The translations under genes were made by a program, and so were the position numbers. A stretch of 62,968 nucleotides of DNA, the filler included, from Cladosporium halotolerans (Eukaryota): the NCBI RefSeq assembly GCF_011745625.1. It is 3 parts of 3 records of this genome, joined end to end, with 100 filler letters (N's around TTAATTAATTAA, not from the genome) between each part and the next. Parts side by side here need not be neighbours in the genome. Positions count along the whole stretch, not along the records: positions 42,417 to 62,968 come from NW_027191547.1; 2 more parts are not named here. The stretch is one strand, 5' to 3'. The notes under the pieces were generated by a model that saw nothing but the letters and a program-made list of their open reading frames with translations, was not told where the DNA came from and did not search any database. Each line of letters opens with the position of its first letter. Within the stretch, counting starts at the first letter, position 1. Positions 45,617 through 55,686 of the stretch are shown here, piece after piece.

Positions 45617-48600
45617 TCATTGCAAGCCCAATGCCTTCCTGAACTGCAGAAAAGGTACTTTGGATAGTGGCTTAGTCAGCCCGTCAGCAATTTGCTTGCT
45701 GGTTTCGATGTACTTCAACCCCACTGTCCCGTCTTCGACTTTCTCTCGGACGTAGTGATGTTGGATGTCAATGTGCTTTGAGCGCCCATGGAACTTTGGG
45801 TTCTTCGCAAGAGCTATGGCGCCTTGATTGTCGCAGTAGATGACTGTCGTTGGTATGTCGCGTTCGTCCATGTCGGTGAGTTGAGCGAGCAGGTTGCGGA
45901 GCCATACAGCTTCCTTGGTTGCTTGGGTCTGGCCGATGTACTCGGCTTCACAAGTCGAGAGCGAGACCGTGCTTTGGCGTTTGGATGACCAGCTGATAGG
46001 GCCAGTGCCGATGCCGAAGACATACCCCGAAGTAGACCCCGCCGCGTGCCGATGTCACCAGCCCAGTCTGCGTCGGAATATCCCACGAGTGGTCTCAAGT
46101 TTCCGCTGAATGCGAGCTCCAGATCCAAGGTACCTCGCAAATATCGCAAGATCCGTTGCACCGCCAGCCAATGGTCTGTTGTCGGGTTGGCAGAAAATCT
46201 GCTAACCACGGAGACTGCATAAGCAATATCTGGACGTGTACCTAGCATCGCATACATGAGTAAGCCGACTGCTCTCTGGTACTTCGATCTCAGGGCGTCA
46301 GCTGCCTGGTAACCTGGTGGTGCTTCAGGAAGTCTGCCGCTGTCGAGCGGTGTGACTGCTGTCTTGACGTCCCACATACCGAGATCCTTGAGGAATTTCT
46401 CGATGTAGCCGCGCTGGCTGAGGTAGATGGACCGGTTCGCTCGGTCCCTCCGGACGAAGATGCCCAAGTAGTGGGTGCATGGCCCGAGGTCTGACATCTG
46501 GAAGCGGCCATTCAGTGCTCGCTTTATCTCGGAGATATCATTCTTAGAAGGTCCTGCAATGAGCAGATCATCCACATAGATTGCGATGATCATGCCATTT
46601 CGCGTAAAGACACTCAAGTCCGCGTTGAGAGCCTCAAAGCCAAGTGACCTGAGGAACTTGGTGAGAGTATCGTACCAGATGCGAGGCGACTGTTTGAGAC
46701 CGTACAACGCCTTGTCAAGCTGACAGACACTATCAGAGTCTTCTTCGTATCCGACGGGCTGCTCAACGTAGACCTCATCGTCTACGTTCCCGTATAAGAA
46801 CGCGGTCTTAACGTCCATTTGTTGGATCTCGTAGTCCATAGCAGCCGCGATCGCGAACAACGCTTTGTAGCTCATTGGCTTGACAACTGCTGCAAAAGTC
46901 TCAGCGTAATCGCTGCCCTCGACTTGTTCAAAGCCTCGGACGACCCATCGCGCTTTATACTTCTGGACGCTGCCATCAGCTGCTCTCTTGATCTTGAAGA
47001 CCCATCTGCCACGGAGAATATGCTTGCCACTGGCGGTCACTGAGGACCTCTTCTTCAGTCTCCACGTCTTATTTAACCGCAGAGATCTGACCTCGTCTCC
47101 CATAGCATCTTTCCATTCCGTCCAAGACATGCTATTCTTGGCTTCTTCATACGTGCGTGGTTCGAAAGGCTCGGCCATGAATGCGGCCGCGAGTATGCAG
47201 TGGCAAAACATCATCCAATCCCTTGAAGAATACCGGGTAGTCTGTCCTTTACTGGCTCTTGGTGATCGCCAGACGGCTTCGCTGTTTTCGTTTCGGAACC
47301 TCAAAGGTCGATCGTCCGGGTCGGCAGGTTCGCCGGGGTATCGTCATCCGGTTCATTCATCGTTGCCTGGTCGTTCTGGCACACTTCCTCTAGTATCTCT
47401 TGATTGACCGAATCTGGTTCGACGCTTGCTGGCGTAGCGGCGCATCGATGTCCATCATCCTGCCCCCCTACATCGACGGGCGCGAGCACACTTGGCTCAA
47501 GCAAGGAGATGTCGGATGAGTGGCGCCGCGTATTAGAGTCTTGCGGCGTCGTGAAGCTTTCGTCGTCAACTCCGATGTGCGGCCGTGACTCTTTGAATAC
47601 AACATTTGTTCGCCAGTCTAGTTTCCCAGACTTGTCTTTGATCAAGTAGGTGTACCGGACTTTGAAACCGAGAAGTCGGCCTTCGCTCGCCTTCGTCCCC
47701 ACCACTTTGTGTCTAGCTCTCTGTGGGTTCAAGACGAAGGCTTGGCTGCCGATCTTGCGGATATTCGACAGGTCCGGTTTGGCTCCAGTCCACATCTCGT
47801 ACGGGGTGGTCTTTATCCGTGAGCTTGGCGAGCGATTCCTGACATAGGCAATACCGTATTTCACCACTGGAGGCCAGTACATATCTGCCAATCCTGAACT
47901 CAGAAGAGTAGGATGCAGCTTGCTTTCCAGAATGCGGTTCAGTGCTTCGGCACAACCATTTGCCTGGTGCTGCTCCGTGTCGGTATATTCGAGCTCGATT
48001 CCTTTGTCGTAGGCCCACAAGATGAACTCGCGGGAGACATTTTCGCCTCCTCGATCGAGTCGAATCCGTCTACATCGTCTCTCGGGAAGCTCGTTACGTT
48101 CGATGAATCCTCGTATCTGTGAAAATGCATGGGACCGGCACTGCAACGGCTCAACTTCCGCCCATTGGGTGAAATCGTCGAGAAATGTAACCCAGTAGCG
48201 GGTCTGGTCGTGTCCGGTCACTTTTATGGGCCCAGCAACGTCTGTGTGGATCAGATCGAGTGCGTGGTGACCTGGTGCGATGACTCCTGTGTGAGGACGC
48301 TCGATCATCCGTCCTTTGACGCAGGATTCGCACATGCATCGACCGTCTTCTTGTGTATCGTCCATGCCGGTCGCGATATGCCGCAGGCGTCTCAATCCAC
48401 TTTCCGAAAGGTGGCCCATACGGTCATGCCAAAGGCGCATGCTTGGGTCCTCGATCGAGTACGCTGCCCCTTGGAAGTCGTGCATAGGGTCCTTCCACAT
48501 ATCTAGCATCATGAGATTCTCAGAAATGCTGGCAGAGAACCTTTGTCTCCCATGAGAGAATGCGAGTCCATTTGGCAGCTTCTCTATCCCGTCGATGAAG

Positions 48601-49910
48601 GGCCAAAGGCTGTTCAACGAAAGCAGATTGACTCCAGCTCGAGGCGAGTACTGAACGTTTGGGACCTCGAGTCAGTGTGGACCGTCATTCGACTTGCAGA
48701 GAATTCTGATCGTGCCCTTACCTATCGGTGTTACTTGGGCGCCTCCAATGCCGTTGGATACCACTCCGTTGAGAGTCTCATAAGTGCCCTGGACGAAGAC
48801 GTCTTTACGGCCAACGAGGTGACCGCTAGCTCCGGTGTCCAATATCCAAGCATCCCAAAGATTGGTACCTCGATGTACAGTCATGGCTTCACCCGATGCC
48901 ACATTATTTTTGAAGAGGCATGTTTCTTCTAGTGTTGATCGCAACTTTGGTGACGATGTCAGTAGTACCGCGCTGTAGCCTCGTTCGGGCGACTTGCTGC
49001 CTCTCGGCCCCATTCTTGTTACTCCTGCGTTATCTTCACCTCGTCGCCGCTTTGGTGGGGCGAGGCGGTCTTGCAGGTCTGCTCTTTGTTTCCACCATTC
49101 TGGTGCGTTGCGGTCATCCAACTTCCAGCAGTCTCTGCCATGGATGTTTCCGCAGTGTGGGCATTGTTTTCTCTTGAAGCCGGTAATGGCTCTCTTCTCG
49201 CCGCTCGTACGGGCGAGGAACACCTTTGATCCTTCGGTCTTCAGGTTTCTTGCTTCGAATTCTTCTGCTGCTGCGATGGTTTTCTTCAGCGTGACGGCAT
49301 CTTGGGTTTTCCCGGCAACCGTAATTGGCACTATTGTGTTGTGCAGGTTGAAAGAAGTGCGAAAGTCAGTGAACTCGCTCCCCAATCCGTAGAGGAACTT
49401 CTGCACTACGAGTGCTTCGGGTAATGCGACAGACTTGTCGATCGCCCGCATCTGTTCCCAAATCTTGCGCAGTTCTGACCCAAAGTTGCCGACTCCGCTA
49501 CATACGGACAGGGCGATGTCGTTGAAGCGAGAGCACAGTCTGTCGTATTCGCCAGAGCCTGACGGCTGATAGTTCGATCGCAGTTCTTCGAAGGCTTTCT
49601 TGATTGTGGCACATTCGTGTACGATGGCCTCTGCGTTGTACCCGCATCTGTCGCGGATCGCTGCGAGGGCGCGGGCTTGTCTGTCCTCCCACGCTTCTAC
49701 TCGCGCCTCGTAAGCAGCATCTGCTTCCTCCGATCTTCGATCGGGTGTTTCGGTCTGTTTGACCAGGATACTGTTGTATCCATTCATGATGAGGTAGTTC
49801 CTCATCTGCTTTGACCATTCCGGCCAGTCTTCTTGTTCTTCAAGTCTCTTGACTTGGTGCAATGCAGATGTCTTGGCCAGTGTTTCGGCCGTGATGGTTT
49901 CTGAAGCCAT
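45617..49910 (-). pseudogene. Copia gag-pol, disrupted by one in-frame stop (48672-48674) and two frameshifts (~47300, ~46040)
   Basis: Gag knuckle CPHCGNIHGRDC; protease WILDTGASGH; GAG-pre-integrase WHDRMGH..CESC; integrase HTDVAG/RLDRGGE/NGCAE; RT YKARWVVRGF, QMDVKTAFL, IYVDDLLI; RNase H YSDADWAG, EAEY, YCDNQGAI, SKHIDI. Confidence 0.93.
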
Positions 49911-50187
49911 CTCTGGGGGGTTTCAAATTGCTTTGCGATCTTTTTGAGATCTCGAATTGTGTTCTCTCCATCCAACTTTGTAAAGAAGTAGGGATTCAGA
50001 GCCCTCCAATCTGGCGGTGTCTTCTTCGCACAGGTTGGGTCTAAAAAACCTGTTTTGTCGTCAGCTATAGCCATGAGTCTTATCAGGGATGCGTTAATCG
50101 CACTGTATGGTGCATCATTGTCGGAGTTCCGTAGCTGCACTACCATGCCTGATCCTGTCTCGTCGATGTTCCAGATCTTGCTGCGTG

Positions 50188-52329
50188 GACGTCTTCCCTG
50201 GCTCGTGCACATCCCTGACTCGTGCACACTTTCGAAGCCCGACAACAACGCGCTTCAACACGCGATATCTTCACAACCATGGCTTCTATCGATAAGGCGA
50301 TCGCGTTTCTAAGATCCTCTGAATCTGAAAATATCTCTGAGGCAGCTAGAAAGTACAATGTCAACAGAAGTACCCTTAGCAAGCGGTTTCGCGACAAGAC
50401 GCGCTCCACAGCCCAAGGCTACCAAACACAGCAATTGCTAACGCAGAAACAAGAACTTATGCTTGTTAAACAGATTAACAGACTATCTGAATGGTGCCTT
50501 CCCCCAACACCATCAATGGTAAGGGCTTGGGCTGCTGCTTTGTGTGGTACAGAGCCTGGCAAGAACTGGGTTGCCGCTTTCCGCGTCCGACACAAGGATG
50601 AGCTTGACTGCAAATATCTCAGCACCATGGACCTCGAGAGGCACAAAGCCGACTCAGAGCATTCGTACAGGCAGTACTTTGCTATCTTGGAGGAGAAGAT
50701 CATCCAGTATGACATACAGCCTCACAATTGCTACAACATGGACGAGAAGGGCTTTCTCATCGGCCATCTGCAGAAGGTCAAGAGGATTTTCCCAAAGGCT
50801 CTTATGAAGACTCAAAAGCTTCTAGGCACCGGTCAGGTTGGAGCTCGGCACTGGATTACCCTTGTGGCGACCATATGTGCCGATGGCAGCTCACTGCCGC
50901 CTGCTCTGATCTACAAGGCTGTTAGTGGTAATCTCCAAGACACTTGGCTTCAAGACTATGAGCCGGAAGAGCACCCTTGTTGGTTTGCCAGCTCGCCCAA
51001 CGGATGGACAAGTGACGAGCTTGCTTTGAGCTGGTTACAGAGCCTCTTCGATCCTCAGACTTCAGACAAGGCTAAAAGAGACTGGAGGCTGCTCATGCTC
51101 GATGGCCATGGCTCGCATTGCACTCTGGACTTCCTTGACTTGTGTCACAAGCGTAGGATCTTGGTTGCTATCTATCCTCCTCACCCGACTCATAGGTTGC
51201 AGCCCTTAGACGTTAGTCTGTTCAACCCACTCGCCACTTATTACAGCCAAGCTCTGGATGCTCATACCAGACAGTCTCTAGGCCTATCGAGCATAAGTAA
51301 GCGGGACTTCTTCACCATCTTCTACCCAGCATTTGACAAGGCCTTCACGGAAGAGAACATCCGGTCGGCATGGCGCAAGACCGGTATAGAGCCATGGGAT
51401 CCAGCTCAGGTGCTGAAGATCTTCGACAAGGAGGCAGGCGAAGTATTGGACGGTTCATCAGCGTCCGCGCCCTCCGAGAGCCTCGGAAGTAGTTGCCTCG
51501 ATTCGCCGAGAGCCACTAGAAGGGTAAGGAGGATTGTGGATCGAAGTGTGGCTGCTGATGGGGCTAAGAAGGACAGGACGATCAGACTGCTCGGCGATGC
51601 CTACCTGGGAGCTTCTGCCCGAGCACAGCTGGCAGAAGAGCGTGAGCAAGGCCTTCTTCAGTCTATCAATTGCGAGAAGGAGAAGAGGAAACGTGGTAGC
51701 GCATTCACCGAGCAGCTCAGAGCAGGTGAAGGCCTTGGTGTGCTGTTCTTTAGCTCTTCCAAGGTAGTTCGAGCTAGAGAGCTTGCAGCAGCTCGGGAAT
51801 TCGCTAAAGACGACGAGGCGCTCGATCGATTGCTCGGAGCCCAAGATAGAGCTCAGCTTAAGGCTCACAGGGAGCTGGAGGCTCAGCAGAAGCGCGAGGA
51901 TAGAGCTATCAAAGCTGCCGCAAGGCAGACCAAGAAGGGTCTTGACAAGGCCCAAAAGGAGCGTGACAAGCTAGCTAAAAAGGGTGCGGAACAACTTCGA
52001 ACAAAGTCTAGGACCTCCAGTAAACGACCAAGAGGAAAACCGGTGAAGCAGAAACAGTCTAAAGAACCTGTCGCAGTTGCTACTGAGCCAGAAGCTGAAA
52101 TAGTGCCAGAACAACCGAGGTCAAGAACTGGCAGGGCTGTCAAGCGACCAAGGTTCTTTGATGATATCTAAGTATATAGAATTACAGAGAAACCTACCAC
52201 GGCTGCAACGAGCTATTTGGCACTACAAGCGAATGTGTTCACATCGAGATGTAGTGCTGCGAAGGTGATGGTCATGATGTGAAAGCAGTGTGCACGAGCC
52301 AGGGATGTGCACGAGTCAGGGAAGACTTC
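50188..52329 (+). mobile_element. Second full-length Fot1/pogo element inserted in the Copia 5' leader, flanked by TG dinucleotides
   Basis: TIRs GAMGTCTTCCCTGRCTCGTGCACATCCCTGRCTCGTGCACACT. TG at 50186-50187 and 52330-52331. Same 2142-bp length as the first copy. Confidence 0.92.
50279..52171 (+). CDS. DDE_1 (Fot1/pogo) transposase, intact; diverged paralog of 42718-44610
   Basis: MASIDKAIAF..., YNMDEKG, LMLDGHGSH, and LQPLD motifs. Colinear with the first copy but with many substitutions. Confidence 0.95.
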   Translation: MASIDKAIAFLRSSESENISEAARKYNVNRSTLSKRFRDKTRSTAQGYQTQQLLTQKQELMLVKQINRLSEWCLPPTPSMVRAWAAALCGTEPGKNWVAAFRVRHKDELDCKYLSTMDLERHKADSEHSYRQYFAILEEKIIQYDIQPHNCYNMDEKGFLIGHLQKVKRIFPKALMKTQKLLGTGQVGARHWITLVATICADGSSLPPALIYKAVSGNLQDTWLQDYEPEEHPCWFASSPNGWTSDELALSWLQSLFDPQTSDKAKRDWRLLMLDGHGSHCTLDFLDLCHKRRILVAIYPPHPTHRLQPLDVSLFNPLATYYSQALDAHTRQSLGLSSISKRDFFTIFYPAFDKAFTEENIRSAWRKTGIEPWDPAQVLKIFDKEAGEVLDGSSASAPSESLGSSCLDSPRATRRVRRIVDRSVAADGAKKDRTIRLLGDAYLGASARAQLAEEREQGLLQSINCEKEKRKRGSAFTEQLRAGEGLGVLFFSSSKVVRARELAAAREFAKDDEALDRLLGAQDRAQLKAHRELEAQQKREDRAIKAAARQTKKGLDKAQKERDKLAKKGAEQLRTKSRTSSKRPRGKPVKQKQSKEPVAVATEPEAEIVPEQPRSRTGRAVKRPRFFDDI

Positions 52330-52540
52330 TGGCTGTTCTTGGCCAAATTCTGAAAAAAGCGGTGAGTATGCGGTCAGGACTGGATGCATTTTCTTCTATC
52401 ATAGGCGGTGAGTGCTTCGCATCCAGTCGTTGCATACTGGACTCTGGAACTGAGAGAGAGGAGGTCCAGTTCCTGGGGCTAGCTGAATTCGGAAGGTGGC
52501 GTTCGAAGGTGAGCAGAGAACGAAGTTCATAGCGACCTCC

Positions 52541-52553
52541 CGGGCTCATAACC
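52541..52553 (-). promoter_or_regulatory. Copia primer-binding site for the initiator tRNA-Met anticodon arm (half-tRNA priming type)
   Basis: GGTTATGAGCCCG lies immediately after the 5' LTR's terminal CA, as in Ty5/copia-type elements. Confidence 0.85.
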
Positions 52554-52674
52554 TGATGAAATTGGGTGTGAAAGAGTTGATTGAGCTATGTATCTACTGC
52601 TGGGGCCATCCACTGCTTTATACCTGCAGTGGGTCTGTGGCGGTCTGGATGCTCTTGTCCGGCAATCTTCAACA
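52554..52674 (-). repeat. Copia 5' LTR
   Basis: TGTTGAAG...TCATCA on the minus strand. Contains TATAAA and is identical to the 3' LTR. Confidence 0.95.
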
Positions 52675-52707
52675 TTTCAACCTCGCCAGCGCCAGCGTCA
52701 CCCTCCC

Positions 52708-53200
52708 AGCGCTGTCGCCCGCCATGAGCTGTCGCCCCGCCATGAGCTGTCGCCCGCCCTGCGCTGTCGCCAGTCCAATGCTGTCGCTCGCCCTGAGCTG
52801 TCGCCTGCCCTGAGCTGTCGCCCGCCATGAGCTGTCGCCAGTCCAATGCTGTCGCTCGCCTTGAGCTGTCGCCAACCGAGCGCTGTCGCCCCCCTTGAGC
52901 TGTCGCCAGTCCAATGCTGTCGCTCGCCCTGAGCTGTCGCCAACCGAGCGCTGTCGCCCGCCATGAGCTGTCGCCAGTCCAATGCTGTCGCTCGCCTTGA
53001 GCTGTCGCCTGCCCTGAGCTGTCGCCCGCTATGAGCTGTCGCCAGTCCAATGCTGTCGCTCGCCTTGAGCTGTCGCCAACCGAGCGCTGTCGACCCCCTT
53101 GAGCTGTCGCCAGTCCAATGCTGTCGCTCGCCCTGAGCTGTCGCCAACCGAGCGCTGTCGCCCCCCTTGAGCTGTCGCCAGTCCAATGCTGTCGCCAACC
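52708..53200. repeat. 17-bp minisatellite (~29 units, core GCTGTCGC) with a 4-monomer higher-order repeat
   Basis: Monomers GCTGTCGCCAGTCCAAT, GCTGTCGCTCGCCYTGA, GCTGTCGCCAACCGAGC/GCTGTCGCCTGCCCTGA and GCTGTCGCCCCCCTTGA/GCTGTCGCCCGCCATGA recur in fixed order. Confidence 0.93.
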
Positions 53201-53563
53201 CGTCTTTGCACACAGTCTGGGTGTTGGCTATCGGGAAAACCTCAGATATAGTGGGACCTGAGCCATCTGCGTCCTCGCTATGTCTCAAGAGATGTAGACA
53301 GATTGTGCACAAGCGGGCAAAACGGGACGACGCTTGTTTTGGGTTCTTCAGATAATTATGCTATTTAGCTTACGATAGATCTGGGCTGTTGCAAGACAAT
53401 CTCTTGATCTCCCGTCACTGTCGTTCCTTCAATCTGGCTCGCCATCCCGACTCAACCAAGCCGCGACGGCCTTCTGGGATCGGCGCCCTCGTACTACTTG
53501 TTGCAAGTGGTCACATCCGCGCCCCCTTCTGCCATTGTCTCCTCTTCAGGTCGTACAAGCTGG

Positions 53564-54050
53564 TCATTTATGGTCCTGAATGTGCGCGCTGTCTTCTCTG
53601 TTCCAGTACGTTATGGCGAGGTTAGCCTCGCGCGTAACCGTGTCTGGATGCTCATCCCCGAGCACTCGCTTACTCGTCTCCAGCGCTTCCAACATCAGCT
53701 CCTCAGCTTTGTCCCACCGCCCTTGGTCAGAGTAGGTCATGCCGAGATTTGCGTTGAGTCATCGTGTCTGGATGCTCATCTCCGAGCACTCGTTCGCTCG
53801 CCTCTAACGCCTCCAAATTGAGCTCCTCGGCCTCTTTCAAGCGCCCCTGATACCAGTACGTCGAGGCGAGGTTACCTTTGCGCGTTATCGTTGAGGGATG
53901 CTCACTTCCAAGCACGCGCTTGCTCGTTTCTAGCACGTCAAATTGAGCTCCTCGGCTTTGTCCCACCGCCCCTGTTTCCAGTAAGTTATGGCAAACTTGG
54001 TCATTGGCGTCACCGTGTCTACTTGCTCATCTTCGAGCACTCGATGTCGA
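53564..54050 (-). pseudogene. TPR-repeat remnant of the kinesin-light-chain type found in fungal NLRs
   Basis: About three 42-aa repeats QGRWDKAEEL..VLETSKRVLGSEHPSTIT..NLASTYWYQGRLKEAEEL...RVLGDEHPDT, with frameshifts. Confidence 0.85.
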
Positions 54051-55686
54051 TCTCCCATGGACTTCTCTGTAAACTCACAATCCAACATGATTATCGAGTC
54101 GATCGTTCCTAGTGCGTGCAGTACCCCTGTGATTGTTGTATCGTTCGGTAGTTCTCACAACAGGTCTTTCAATGCCACGATAGTATCGTTTCAACGACTT
54201 TCGTAGCCCTACAGGTTCTGAAAGAGAGACTAGCCTTTTATCTTCAATCTTGAAGTACCTCTCGAGTTCATTGGGGGCCGGCGACCGAGCGTCGGGCACC
54301 CCATCTGCATACAGTACTGAATCTGCAGTATGGTCTTTCAACAAGAACTGCGATCGGCGTCCACCACACTCGTCGGTGAGACACGGCATCTCATGTGACA
54401 GTACGTCGTCGGTGACCCCTCCCCTATACCAATGATGATGGCTCCTGGTACTGTAGTTCCTGTATCGGCAGCCCTCTACTGTACTGAAAATTTTGAGTTT
54501 ACTTCAATTATTCTAAGTTAAGCTTAGAACTACAACTAGAGCCAGCTTAGAACTAGTGAGCAACTCAAAGTTGCAGAATCCCGCCTTTGATTGGTTAGAT
54601 CTAAGGTTAAGCGAACGCACGGCCGGGCTTTGTAAGGAGATCTGATCCTCACGCATCGCGGCCGTGCACAATCGACAGGCAGCGTCACGACAAGCTTGCC
54701 CGTGATTGCGAGCTCTTGACTATCTTAGCGATGACAAATAGATTGCTTATAAGGGTGAATGATTCTCAGCATTTACATAGACCCGCACAACGAGAGAAAA
54801 TTGATGGAAAAAAGGCACTTTACTTTTAGCCCAAAAGTGGTGAGGTGTGGTGGAGGGGACAACAAGACCGCTCGAAACGTCTGCAGCGGGGCTGGACTTG
54901 TTTACGACTTTGTCACGGACAGGGTCAAGTTTTACATCTTCGTGAAGCGTGAATCGAGAGCAGAAGAGCGAGGCTAACGTTACCACGGCTCGGAGCATCC
55001 CATGTCTACGCGTCTGCGATAATCTTATTTTCCATTGTCCAAGGCATCAATGTCCGCTTCGCGTGAGCATCCAGTGCTCTCTGAGCCACGCAGCCACATC
55101 AAGGAAACTGAGGCAGGATTCGATGGCTCTCACCAACATTTTCGGCTCCATCACCACCATGCCGGGTCGCCATCGAGTTATCTGGTGGCATGGCGAGGTC
55201 TTCCACGGCCATGGGATCGCCTAGAGTCGCCGCGGAATTATCAATGGCTGGAATTTTGTCTGGCGCCATGGGATCGTCTGGGATCGCTGTAGGATCGTCC
55301 ACGGCGATCGAGAGGTCATCCACTCTTGCGGCAGAGTCGCCCTCGGCCATCAAAGAGCCATCTCTCGGAGTAGAACCGCCAGTGACGAGTAGCAGTGGCA
55401 TGGGTACACGAACCGGCGAACGCGGACGAGAGACGCCTTTGAGCCGTCTAAGTCGAAGTCGGAGTCGGATTTGCGAGTGAGAGAGTGATGGGCGAAGGCG
55501 TTGCCACGGGCCACTCTAGATGGTATGCTCCGTAAGATCTTCGAACGTTCGCTGCTACATTGCCGCCTCGACGACAATACCTGGCGAGTGTACACCCTGC
55601 AGAGGCTGGCTACCGTTTGCGTGATCCAACATGGGGACGCCATGAGGCATGATGGATGATCGTCACTCTTGTTTCAGATCAATGCC

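Larger units (their letters stand above)
45424..52674 (-). mobile_element. Ty1/Copia LTR retrotransposon (defective), interrupted by a pogo element
   Basis: Identical 121-bp TG..CA LTRs at 45424-45544 and 52554-52674. PBS and PPT are present, and the domain order is gag-PR-IN-RT-RH. Confidence 0.95.

Noticed and set aside
48672..48674. Programmed stop-codon readthrough between Copia gag and pol
   Set aside because: The TGA lies after the protease active site inside the protease region, and two further frameshifts exist. A nonsense mutation is more parsimonious unless sibling copies share it.
52708..53200. CRISPR-like array (constant core + variable spacers)
   Set aside because: The core is only 8 bp, the spacers are 9 bp and recur periodically, there are no cas genes, and the context is eukaryotic. 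It is a minisatellite.
52586..53312. Repetitive 'GDS/WRQL' ORFs on the minus strand
   Set aside because: The same peptide appears in all three frames because the 17-bp unit shifts frame and lacks stops on that strand. This is not evidence of coding.
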